DNA of 57,057 nucleotides from an archaeon. Its GTDB lineage: Archaea > Nanobdellota > Nanobdellia > Woesearchaeales > GW2011-AR15. The DNA lies in contig JABHHN010000072.1 in the NCBI GenBank assembly GCA_018671515.1, positions 1 to 57,057 of the forward strand. Direction: 5' to 3'. Shown piece after piece: positions 46,946 to 55,821 of this stretch. The notes under the pieces are model-generated. The model saw only the letters and a list, made by a program, of their open reading frames with translations. It made no database searches and was not told the DNA's origin. A program made the position numbers and the translations under genes. How positions within the stretch are numbered: the stretch's first letter is position 1; every line of letters starts with the position of its first letter.

Positions 46946-47854
46946 ATGTTTGATTTATTTACAACAATACTTCCAGTTTTCATATTGATTGGTATTGGTG
47001 CATTATCAAAGATTCTTAAGATTTCTGATGATAATTGGATTACTGTCATGAATAATTATGCATTTAATTTAGGATTTCCTGCAATAATTTTTTCAAGTCT
47101 AATAAAACTGAACAAGTCAACAATTAATTATGATATAATGATATATAATTCATTGATATTAGTTGTTTTGATGACCTTAATTTTCTTTTTGACAAAAATA
47201 TTTAAAATGGATGAAGAGACAAGAAATTGTTATATCATTTGTTCATTATTTGGAAATGTTGCATACGTTGGAATTCCTTTCATTAATTCAATTTTACAAA
47301 ATGAAGCAGGAAATCTAAGTATAATCGTAGCATCATATACATTAGTCATGTTTACATTAGGTCTTGCAATATTAGAATTTTCAAAATATAAGAAAATAAA
47401 ACCAGTTGAACTAATTAAAAATATAATAAAAAACCCATTTATAATCTCAATTTTCTTTGCAACAATAGTTTTGCAATTAAATATTGCATTACCTATGATA
47501 ATTATTAAATCAATTGATATGCTTGCAAGTGGTGCATCTTCTGTAGTTTTATTAGCATTAGGAATATTTTTAGTGAAGCCTATCAAATTGAATAAAAATA
47601 CGGTTCATGCAACAATTTTAAGTGTTTTAAAATTGATAATTTTACCGATTGTTTTTATTTTGATAAGAAATATTTTCTTTAAAGATTTAGATTTTAGTTC
47701 TACAATAATAGAAGCAGGTATGCCTGGTGCAGTTACATTATTTGTTTTATCTCAAAAATATAAAATGAATAAGAATATTGTTGTTGAAATGATTATAATA
47801 TCAACAGTATTATCAATAATCACACTTCCTATTCTGACATCGTTTTTATTATAG
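46946..47854 (+). CDS. AEC (auxin efflux carrier/malate permease) family transporter
   Basis: ILPVFILIG, GFPAIIF, GNVAYVGIP, KNPFI, AGMPGA. Confidence 0.92.
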   Translation: MFDLFTTILPVFILIGIGALSKILKISDDNWITVMNNYAFNLGFPAIIFSSLIKLNKSTINYDIMIYNSLILVVLMTLIFFLTKIFKMDEETRNCYIICSLFGNVAYVGIPFINSILQNEAGNLSIIVASYTLVMFTLGLAILEFSKYKKIKPVELIKNIIKNPFIISIFFATIVLQLNIALPMIIIKSIDMLASGASSVVLLALGIFLVKPIKLNKNTVHATILSVLKLIILPIVFILIRNIFFKDLDFSSTIIEAGMPGAVTLFVLSQKYKMNKNIVVEMIIISTVLSIITLPILTSFLL

Positions 47855-47921
47855 ATTTTTTTAAACTAATATTGAATCTTATTTGTTTCTTAATTTTTTT
47901 AAGTTATTAATTCAAAATCAT

Positions 47922-47974
47922 ATAGCAAGACATACTGTCTTGCAATTCCTTGCAGAGCGCAAGGCGCTTTGCTA
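47922..47974 (+). repeat. REP-like palindrome, family TAGCAAG (copy 3, variant stem)
   Basis: ATAGCAAGACA-TAC-TGTCTTGCAATT then GCAGAGCGC-AAG-GCGCTTTGC-TA. Confidence 0.75.
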
Positions 47975-48084
47975 CATTTTTAGAATATTAATTAAAAATA
48001 AAAAAATTCTATTAAAACTAATTTCAAAGTATTTTTCTTTCTTTTTTCAATAATTTTTTAAACATGGAATCATGAAATAATTTT

Positions 48085-49716
48085 ATGTCTAGACTTAGTA
48101 GGGAAATAGAGGATCTAAAAAGAGGAAATCAAATCATCCATGTTTTTTTTAAATATGGATTTAGTCATTATTTAAGACAATTTGAATTTAAGAGTCTGAA
48201 ATTTATAAAAGAAAAAAAACTGGAAGAAGAACAATTTCCAAGAAAACTTAGACTTGCTTTTGAAGAATTAGGTGCAACCTTCATCAAATTAGGTCAACTT
48301 ATTTCACTGCGACCAGATTTATTACCAAAAAAATATTGTGATGAATTTAAGAATTTACAAGATAATGTCAAACCATTTCAATATACAACTCTAAAAAAAA
48401 TTATTGAATCAGAATTAAAGTCTCCAATACAAAAACATTTTTCTAAGATTGATAAAAAACCTTTAGCTGCTGCATCAATTGGTCAAGTACATTGTGCAGA
48501 ATTACTGGATGGAACTAAAGTTGTCATCAAAGTCCAAAGACCAAATATAAGAAAAATTATTGAGGCTGATATTGATATTTTAAAATCAATAGCTAGATTA
48601 GTAAAGAAAAAAATTAATCAAAAAATATTTGATCCTGAGCAGATAATCTCTGAGTTTGAAGAATACACTGAATTTGAATTGGATTATCATCATGAAGCAA
48701 GAAATGTTGAGATAATATATAATAATTTTAAGAATCACAAAACAAAAATACCAAAAGTATATAGGGATCTTTGTACTGATAAAATATTAGTTATGGAATA
48801 TATTGATGGACATAATTTATTAGATTCTATTCTTACAAAAAAAGGAAAAAAAGAAGTAAGTAAAAAAATTGCAGATACATTACAAAAACAAATTTTTGTT
48901 GATGGTGTATTTCATGCAGATCCTCATCCAGGGAATATATTTGTAACTAAAGGAAATAATATTGCATTTATTGATTTTGGAATTGTTGGATTTATTGGTG
49001 ATGAATTAAGAGAAAATCTAATTAGTTTATTGATAGCAGCTATTGCTAAAGATGTTGAAGGAATAGCAGCAGTAATTACAAGTATTGGGGCAACAAAAGA
49101 AGATATTAATATTGATGATTTTAGAAGAGATTTATCACAATGTATGAGTATATATTATGAAACAGAAATAAAAGAAATTAAAATGGATGAAATAATCCAT
49201 AGCGTCATTACAATATGTAATGATTATAAAATAATTTTACCAAAAAATTTTGTTCTTCTTGCTAAATGTATAATCACAACAGAGAGTGTAATATATGATT
49301 TTGATCCTAATTTTAATCCTATAAAAAATGCAAAACCTTTTGTTATGGATTTAATAAAATCAAGATATAATCCAAAAAAAATATTTAAAAATTTAGGGAC
49401 AAATGTAAGGAATGTAAAAAATTTCATCACAAAAATTCCAAAAATAAGCAATGATTTAGTAACTGGTCTTGAAAAAGGAGAATATTATGTAAAAAAAATA
49501 CATAAAGATATGAATATTCTCAACAATGAAATAGATAGATCAAGCAAGAGAGTTTCTTTGGCGATGATTGCAACTGCACTTATCATTGCTTCTGCTTTTT
49601 TAGTTACACTTGATCAAACAAAAATAATGGGGATTTCTTTAATTTCTTTTATTGGTTTTTCTTTAGCATCTTTATTTTTATTTTTTCTTTTAATTTCAAT
49701 GATTCATCAAAATTAA
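48085..49716 (+). CDS. ABC1/UbiB/AarF atypical kinase
   Basis: LGATFIKLGQ, AAASIGQVH, KVQRP, FHADPHPGN, IDFG; two C-terminal TM helices. Confidence 0.95.
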   Translation: MSRLSREIEDLKRGNQIIHVFFKYGFSHYLRQFEFKSLKFIKEKKLEEEQFPRKLRLAFEELGATFIKLGQLISLRPDLLPKKYCDEFKNLQDNVKPFQYTTLKKIIESELKSPIQKHFSKIDKKPLAAASIGQVHCAELLDGTKVVIKVQRPNIRKIIEADIDILKSIARLVKKKINQKIFDPEQIISEFEEYTEFELDYHHEARNVEIIYNNFKNHKTKIPKVYRDLCTDKILVMEYIDGHNLLDSILTKKGKKEVSKKIADTLQKQIFVDGVFHADPHPGNIFVTKGNNIAFIDFGIVGFIGDELRENLISLLIAAIAKDVEGIAAVITSIGATKEDINIDDFRRDLSQCMSIYYETEIKEIKMDEIIHSVITICNDYKIILPKNFVLLAKCIITTESVIYDFDPNFNPIKNAKPFVMDLIKSRYNPKKIFKNLGTNVRNVKNFITKIPKISNDLVTGLEKGEYYVKKIHKDMNILNNEIDRSSKRVSLAMIATALIIASAFLVTLDQTKIMGISLISFIGFSLASLFLFFLLISMIHQN

Positions 49717-49787
49717 AATAGAAAAATATAAAAACACAAACTACGATAAATTACTTTATTTTATATTTTATAAAATGAGGTGTTAAA

Positions 49788-50126
49788 TTGAAAGCAAAAC
49801 TAAAAAGATATTTTCTATTAGGTTTAGGTGCTGCAGCAGCAGGTGTTGCGTATGCTAATAAGAGAAAAATAAAAACTCTTGTTGATGAAACAGTCAAGAA
49901 GGGAGCTATTACGGTTAATGAAGGTAAAAAATTAACAGAAGAATTAATTGCAGAGGTATTAAAAGCAGAAAAAAAGATGGTAGCAAAAACAAAGAAAGTG
50001 GTAAAAAAAGTAGTCAAGAGAAAGGCTGCTCCAAAAAAGAAAGTAGTAAAAAAAGTAGTTAAGAAAAAAGCTGCTCCTAAAAAGAAAGTAGTTAAGAAAA
50101 AAGTAACTAAGAAAAGAAAGAGATAA
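49788..50126 (+). CDS. Phasin-like protein with histone H1-like Lys/Ala/Pro/Val tail
   Basis: LLGLGAAA...LVDETVKKGAITVNEGKKL; repeats KKVVKKVVKxKAAPKKK; SD GAGGTG before TTG. Confidence 0.75.
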   Translation: MKAKLKRYFLLGLGAAAAGVAYANKRKIKTLVDETVKKGAITVNEGKKLTEELIAEVLKAEKKMVAKTKKVVKKVVKRKAAPKKKVVKKVVKKKAAPKKKVVKKKVTKKRKR

Positions 50127-50239
50127 TTTTTTTTATTTTTTTATAATTTTTTATTCTAAATTTTTTCATATTTTTAAATTGATTTATAAGCTTAGTATTT
50201 TGACATTATTTTTTAATTTGGCATTTCGTTTTGCAGTAT

Positions 50240-50266
50240 GCACAGTTGCAAGCCAGAGGCTTGCTA
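50240..50266 (-). repeat. REP-like palindrome, family TAGCAAG (copy 4)
   Basis: Reverse complement TAGCAAGCC-TCT-GGCTTGCAACTGTGC. Confidence 0.85.
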
Positions 50267-50381
50267 GGTGATTTATATTTATGATAAAATAAATGAATAA
50301 TAATTATTTTTCACTCAAATCATAAGAGATTAATCTATAAATTTATATATTCTATATATATACTAAGTATTGGTGATATAT

Positions 50382-50615
50382 ATGGTACAAGCAATGATAA
50401 AAATATCAAATCAAGCAAATCAAATACTAAATATAGTAAAAGCAAAAAATAATTTAAATGATAAATCTGAAGCAATTGAATTAGTAATTAAGGAATATGG
50501 GAAAGATATTATGGAACCTCAATTAAGACCTGAATTCATAGAAAAGATGAAAAGAAGAGAAAAAGAATCTACTATTGAGATAAAAGATTTTAAAAAACAT
50601 TTTGGATTAAATTAA
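50382..50615 (+). CDS. DUF2683-like antitoxin
   Basis: MVQAMI...NIVKAK..L.DKSEAI...EPQLRPEFIEK; upstream of a RelE-like gene. Confidence 0.8.
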   Translation: MVQAMIKISNQANQILNIVKAKNNLNDKSEAIELVIKEYGKDIMEPQLRPEFIEKMKRREKESTIEIKDFKKHFGLN

Positions 50616-50616
50616 A

Positions 50617-50880
50617 ATGTATAATTTGAGGATTAGGAAAACTGTTGAAAAATTATTTCACAAATTATCCAAAAAAAATTCAAGACAATTTGAAATTATT
50701 GAAAAAAAAGTTAATGAAATTAGATTGAGACCTGACCATTATAAAAATTTAAAAGCGCCATTACAACATCTTAAAAGAGTTCATATAGATAAAAGTTTTG
50801 TTCTAACATTTTCTGTCGATGAAACTAATAAAACAATTTTTATTGAAGATTTTGATCATCACGATAGAATATATAAATGA
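50617..50880 (+). CDS. RelE/YafQ-like toxin
   Basis: HYKNLKAPLQHLKRVHIDKSFVL...DHHDRIY. Confidence 0.85.
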   Translation: MYNLRIRKTVEKLFHKLSKKNSRQFEIIEKKVNEIRLRPDHYKNLKAPLQHLKRVHIDKSFVLTFSVDETNKTIFIEDFDHHDRIYK

Positions 50881-50953
50881 CTAGGAATCTCTAAAGAAAA
50901 ATTTTAACAAATAATCAATTAAATTTTTATTATTTTTATTATTTAAATTACAC

Positions 50954-51523
50954 ATGAAATTAATATTAGTTCGTCATGGTGAGACTTTTGAGAATACTAA
51001 AAGAATTCTACAAGGAATTATGGACACAGAATTAAATCAAAAAGGAATCGAGCAGGCACAAAAAGTTGCATTAAGATTAAAAGATGAAATTATTGATGTA
51101 ATATATTCAAGTGATTTAAAAAGAGCAGCAAATACTTCTAAAGAAATTGCAATATATCATCAAGAAACACCAATTTATTTTGTAAAAGAATTAAGAGAAA
51201 GAGATTTTGGAAGTCTTACTGGTAAAAAATTTGATGAAGTTGATTGGAAAAATCTTCCAGGTGACATTGAATCAGAATATGATTTAACAAATAGAGTAAA
51301 TGATTTTTTAGATGAAGTATATGATGAACACAAAGAAAAAGCAGTTTTATTTGTTGCACATGGTGGACCTATAAGATCAATAATTGCAAGAATAAATGGA
51401 GTGGATCCTAAAATGATGTATAAAAAAATAAAGATGGGAAATACTTCAGTAACAATATTTGAAATGAAGGAAGATGAGAATCATAAAGTTCAATTAATGA
51501 ATTGCATGAAGCATTTGTATTAG
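50954..51523 (+). CDS. Histidine phosphatase (phosphoglycerate mutase family)
   Basis: LVRHGET, YSSDLKRA, LRERDFG, VAHGG. Confidence 0.93.
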   Translation: MKLILVRHGETFENTKRILQGIMDTELNQKGIEQAQKVALRLKDEIIDVIYSSDLKRAANTSKEIAIYHQETPIYFVKELRERDFGSLTGKKFDEVDWKNLPGDIESEYDLTNRVNDFLDEVYDEHKEKAVLFVAHGGPIRSIIARINGVDPKMMYKKIKMGNTSVTIFEMKEDENHKVQLMNCMKHLY

Positions 51524-51561
51524 AGAAATGTTTATATATGTTTGAATAAAGGGTAGATGTA

Positions 51562-52122
51562 GTGAAAAATAAAAGTTTGAAATTTATAATAAGTGTTTTT
51601 GTATTGTTATTTATTAGTTCATGTGGACCATCTTCTGATGCACCATTGCCAACACCTGAAGCACCATCTTTAGAAACAGGTTTACCAACTTCATTACCAC
51701 GTGATTTATCAAATGCACCAGAAGGTGATTTTCAAATTAGAGTTTATATTTGGGAAAATGGACCTACGGAAAATAAAAGAGTACATTTTCAAGGAATTGC
51801 GTCAGAGGATTTATATGATTATGACTTATTTTTATATAGAAATATTGAACTAACATTTGTTAATAATTTTAAGATAAGCTATGAAGATGGAACTTTTTTC
51901 TCTCCAGATTTAATACTTTTTCAAGATTTGGAAAATACATTCTTTGAATTTCAAATTTTTAAGAATAAATTTTACCTTTCAACTTGTACAATTCTTGAAG
52001 AAATTAAAAACCCTGTTGATTTTCCCAAATCAAATCTAATTGGAGGAACTATTGAAAAAGATTTTTGGATCTCTTATTTATTAGATTGTAATTTTGGTAT
52101 AGATTTAGGATCTTCTGAATAA
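51562..52122 (+). CDS. Putative lipoprotein
   Basis: Signal peptide ending ISSC, Pro-rich linker. Confidence 0.7.
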   Translation: MKNKSLKFIISVFVLLFISSCGPSSDAPLPTPEAPSLETGLPTSLPRDLSNAPEGDFQIRVYIWENGPTENKRVHFQGIASEDLYDYDLFLYRNIELTFVNNFKISYEDGTFFSPDLILFQDLENTFFEFQIFKNKFYLSTCTILEEIKNPVDFPKSNLIGGTIEKDFWISYLLDCNFGIDLGSSE

Positions 52123-52190
52123 TTTTTTATTTTTTTAAATAATTTAAATTTCTAGATATGTTTATATACTTTTAAAAAAAGAATTAACTT

Positions 52191-53189
52191 ATGAAAAACA
52201 AATACAATATTTTAATATTAATGGTTTTTGCCATTTTTTTAGTTTTAGTAACAACGAGTTGTAATTTACCTTCTGGTGCACCAACAGAAACAGAATTAGT
52301 CGCAAGTCCTGAAGATCTAGGATATGAATTAGTAACACCTGATGCAAATGCTCCACCTTCACCTACAGAATTTCCACCTTCATATGTATATCAAATTTTT
52401 CAAGATCCTTATCATGCAGAATTGATTTACTCAAATGGTGGTGATAGAATTAGTAAATGTAATATTGATATAAAACCATTACTTAGAGAGGGTATTACTA
52501 GTTATATTTTTGAAAAAGAATCAACATCACAACTTTCTCAAATAACTGGAGACCCAATTGGAGTACCTACATTAGCTAAAAAAGTTCTATATGCATCAAA
52601 TGATATATTGGGAGAAATTACTTATAGAGATCATGAAATGACACAAAATTCATATTCATTTACTTTTAGTAATTTTAATGATGTTAAATGCGATGGTATG
52701 AAATTTGAATTAATTTCCAATTCATTACGAGCAGTTCCGTGTGAAACTGGTTTGGTAAATGAATATATCAATAATTTATGTACAACAACAAGAATTAAAG
52801 ATCCTTTTTTTCAATCAAATTTTGAAAAAGAAATAAAATTTGAACATTTTAATTCTGAAAATGGAGCAACTACTATTTGTGAATTTGATCCAACAACAAT
52901 ATTGAAAGAAGAATATTCAGATTATGTTTTAACTTATGATGTAACTGAAGAAATTTCACCAGTATTGAGAAATTATGTAATTTCTTTGTACACTAATGAT
53001 AATAGAGTTGCAGATATAATTTATAGTTCTTCAAATCCGGATAAACTTGAAATTTTGCTTGGTAATAAACCTGAAGGAGAAGGTTCATATTTTAATTGTA
53101 TTCCTATTAATGAAGGCCCATTTACTTGTACACCAGGAACACCAATAGCTTGTGAACAGGTTGGAATTTTAGGTGGTGGAATGGCATAA
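52191..53189 (+). CDS. Putative lipoprotein with two internal repeats
   Basis: Signal peptide ending TTSC, Pro-rich linker, duplicated Cys-containing domain. Confidence 0.7.
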   Translation: MKNKYNILILMVFAIFLVLVTTSCNLPSGAPTETELVASPEDLGYELVTPDANAPPSPTEFPPSYVYQIFQDPYHAELIYSNGGDRISKCNIDIKPLLREGITSYIFEKESTSQLSQITGDPIGVPTLAKKVLYASNDILGEITYRDHEMTQNSYSFTFSNFNDVKCDGMKFELISNSLRAVPCETGLVNEYINNLCTTTRIKDPFFQSNFEKEIKFEHFNSENGATTICEFDPTTILKEEYSDYVLTYDVTEEISPVLRNYVISLYTNDNRVADIIYSSSNPDKLEILLGNKPEGEGSYFNCIPINEGPFTCTPGTPIACEQVGILGGGMA

Positions 53190-53245
53190 TTTATTTATTT
53201 TTTTATAATTAATTTTTTAATACATTCTAATTTTCTTAAACTTAA

Positions 53246-53578
53246 ATGAAATTAACAGTCATATCTATAATCATTCTTACAATTCTATTTACCTCTTGTA
53301 CTAATCAATTCATTGATTCTGAAGAAAAGGCAATAGAATTAATAAAACAAAAATTTCCTGAGTTTAGAGATTATCCCTCAGATGAATTTGCAGGAAGATC
53401 AATAGAAACACAGACAACTGCAGAAGGATATTATTTAGGTTTTATAATTTATGGAAGCGGAGTTCCTATTGCTGATGCAACATGTTTTTTTGTTGATAAA
53501 AAAGGAAATATTAAACAAGATAAATATCAACCAAAAGAATTAATAAATGAAGAAATTGATTTAGTAACTTGTTCTTAA
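53246..53578 (+). CDS. Putative small lipoprotein
   Basis: Signal peptide ending FTSC. Confidence 0.7.
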   Translation: MKLTVISIIILTILFTSCTNQFIDSEEKAIELIKQKFPEFRDYPSDEFAGRSIETQTTAEGYYLGFIIYGSGVPIADATCFFVDKKGNIKQDKYQPKELINEEIDLVTCS

Positions 53579-53626
53579 ATTGATTTTTAATACTATAATG
53601 TCATAATTAATATTCTATAAATTCTC

Positions 53627-53670
53627 AAATGTGGACAACTAAATAATAAATTATATAAATGTGGACAACT
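53627..53670 (+). repeat. Pair of AAATGTGGACAACT direct repeats around the fic TATA box
   Basis: Copies at 53627 and 53657 (30-bp period); TTATATAA at 53651. Confidence 0.9.
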
Positions 53671-53681
53671 TATATTATTAT

Positions 53682-54629
53682 ATGGCATATATTGAGACAA
53701 TAAATAAAGGAAAAAAGAATTATTACTATTTAACTCAGACTATAAGATATAATGATAAATTTAAAAAAATAAGATGGTTTTTGGCAAAAGGAAATATTTC
53801 CAAAAATAAATTAGTGGAACTCTCAAAAAATGTTGAAAAAAATTTATTAGATAAAGTAAATAACATAAAAAAAATAAAAAAAATAGTAGAATTAGATGAC
53901 TTAACTATACAGAAATTAAAAAAAATAAAGATAAATTATAAAAAAATAATTTCATCTCTTTCAAATATTGAATATCAAGTTATTGAAAAGGAACATTTAA
54001 TCAGATTTACATTTAACACAAATGCAATTGAAGGTTCTACAATAACTCTTAAAGAAACATCTCATATATTAGAAGATGGTATTTCACCAGATAGCAAGTC
54101 ATTAAGAGAAATACATGAAATTGAAAATACAAAAAAAGCATATGAATTTATTAAAAAGTATAAAGGCAAAATTAATATTAAATTTATAAAAAAAATTCAT
54201 TATATTCTTACAAATAATATTTTAGAAGAAAATGCAGGAAATTTTAGAAGAATACAGGTATTTATGGGTGGATCAAAACATACACCTACAAAAGCATCTG
54301 AAATTCAAAAAGAAATGAACTCATTTACTAAATGGATTAAAAATCAAGAAAAGATTCATCCAATAATATTATTAACTTATGTTCATCATTATTTTATTGC
54401 AATTCATCCTTTTATTGATGGAAATGGAAGGACTGGAAGATTGTTGCTTAATTATATGCTGTTGAAATCTGGTTTTCCACCAATCTGTATTAAAAAAGAG
54501 GAAAGAATAAAATACACAGATTATTTGGAATTATCTAGAGATGGAGATATAACTAAATTTCTAAATTATATTATAAAAAAAGTAGAAGAATCATATAATG
54601 AACTTGTGGACAACACAAAATATAATTAG
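53682..54629 (+). CDS. Fic family protein
   Basis: TNAIEGST, canonical HPFIDGNGRTGR. Confidence 0.95.
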   Translation: MAYIETINKGKKNYYYLTQTIRYNDKFKKIRWFLAKGNISKNKLVELSKNVEKNLLDKVNNIKKIKKIVELDDLTIQKLKKIKINYKKIISSLSNIEYQVIEKEHLIRFTFNTNAIEGSTITLKETSHILEDGISPDSKSLREIHEIENTKKAYEFIKKYKGKINIKFIKKIHYILTNNILEENAGNFRRIQVFMGGSKHTPTKASEIQKEMNSFTKWIKNQEKIHPIILLTYVHHYFIAIHPFIDGNGRTGRLLLNYMLLKSGFPPICIKKEERIKYTDYLELSRDGDITKFLNYIIKKVEESYNELVDNTKYN

Positions 54630-54645
54630 TAAAATGTGGACAACT
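54605..54645 (+). repeat. Pair of TGTGGACAAC direct repeats at the fic 3' end
   Basis: Cores at 54605 and 54635 (30-bp period), same orientation as the upstream pair. Confidence 0.9.
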
Positions 54646-54650
54646 AATTT

Positions 54651-55736
54651 TTAATCCAAATCATAATAATCTTGCAGAACTATTGAATCTAATTCTTTTA
54701 CATCTTCAACTTTGTACAATTTACCTTTGCCAATCTCAACTACTTTCTTAGCGAATTCAATACCTTTCTTATCAAGCTTTATTCCAATCAGAGAAATAGT
54801 AATTCCATGGTTATATGCGGCTGAGACTGCTTCTAATGCTTCTTTTTGAGGATCATCTCCAGTTGTTGGCATTGCATCTGTCAATAACATAAGATGTTTT
54901 GTTGATTTATTATCTGGAAAGAGTGATGTGGATTCTTTTATTGCAATTAATAAATTGGTCTCACTTTTTGATTTTATTCTTCCAATTTCATTAAGAAGAT
55001 ATCCAAAGTCATTAGTTGGAGGAACTTTTTTTATTATCTCTGAAGAAAAAACAACTATACCTACTTTGTCTTTATTAGATATTGCTTTAAATGCAAGAGC
55101 AATTCCTGATTTTTTAGCCATTTCAATTTTCTTTCCTTTCATAGAACCAGATGCATCAATTGCATATATGATATTTATTTTTCCTTTTGAAACTTTATCA
55201 TTTACAATTAAATCTTGTGCCATAAGTTCTTTATGCCCTCTTCTTATAGCTAAATTAATTGATTTATGTACTGAAATATTTTTGTAGATGTCATCTCGTT
55301 TATAGTGTTTTGTTCCTATTTCATCACCATGAGAAGATTTCTTTTTTAGTATTTTTTCACCAATTCCTTTTGCTGAAAGATTATCAAGTTCCTGTGTGTA
55401 TAGAATCAATGTTGCAAGATTATATCCTTCTTCAGTTGGATTATCATTTTGATTGAGTAATTTTTTTTTCTTAAGTTCTTTATGTTTTTCTTCAATTTTC
55501 TTTTTTAATTCTTTTTTGAATTCTGGAAATCTTATATTTCTTTTTAATTGTTCAATTCCCATACCAGTAATTTTTCTTAGAAAAGTCTTTCCATATAATT
55601 TTTCAGCAAACCTATAATTTTTTACAAGATTTTTAAATATTTCACTAGGTGTAAAACCAATTCCTTGATTAATCATGTCATTGATTATTTTTCCATCATC
55701 AATTACTTCAGAATCATTTTCAAGCACTGAATGCAT
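54651..55736 (-). CDS. VWA-domain protein (ChlD C-terminal-like); frame open upstream to 55853
   Basis: MIDAS DASGSM, SETNL, LLTDAMPT; HKSINLAIRRG. Confidence 0.9.
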   Translation of the reverse strand: MHSVLENDSEVIDDGKIINDMINQGIGFTPSEIFKNLVKNYRFAEKLYGKTFLRKITGMGIEQLKRNIRFPEFKKELKKKIEEKHKELKKKKLLNQNDNPTEEGYNLATLILYTQELDNLSAKGIGEKILKKKSSHGDEIGTKHYKRDDIYKNISVHKSINLAIRRGHKELMAQDLIVNDKVSKGKINIIYAIDASGSMKGKKIEMAKKSGIALAFKAISNKDKVGIVVFSSEIIKKVPPTNDFGYLLNEIGRIKSKSETNLLIAIKESTSLFPDNKSTKHLMLLTDAMPTTGDDPQKEALEAVSAAYNHGITISLIGIKLDKKGIEFAKKVVEIGKGKLYKVEDVKELDSIVLQDYYDLD

Positions 55737-55821
55737 GAATGCAGAACCATATTTTACATTTCTTTCTTCTTTAGAAATTTCTTCAGTCTTTTTTACTTCG
55801 GTAACAGAGATATTAGAATCA

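Noticed and set aside
53627-54645. DnaA boxes / replication origin (TTGTCCACA)
   Set aside because: Archaeal context, no dnaA or cdc6 nearby, and the repeats track the fic gene boundaries
17954-54645. Shared TGGACAACT core between the 24-bp repeats and the fic repeats
   Set aside because: Only 9 bp with differing flanks; a chance match is plausible in 57 kb
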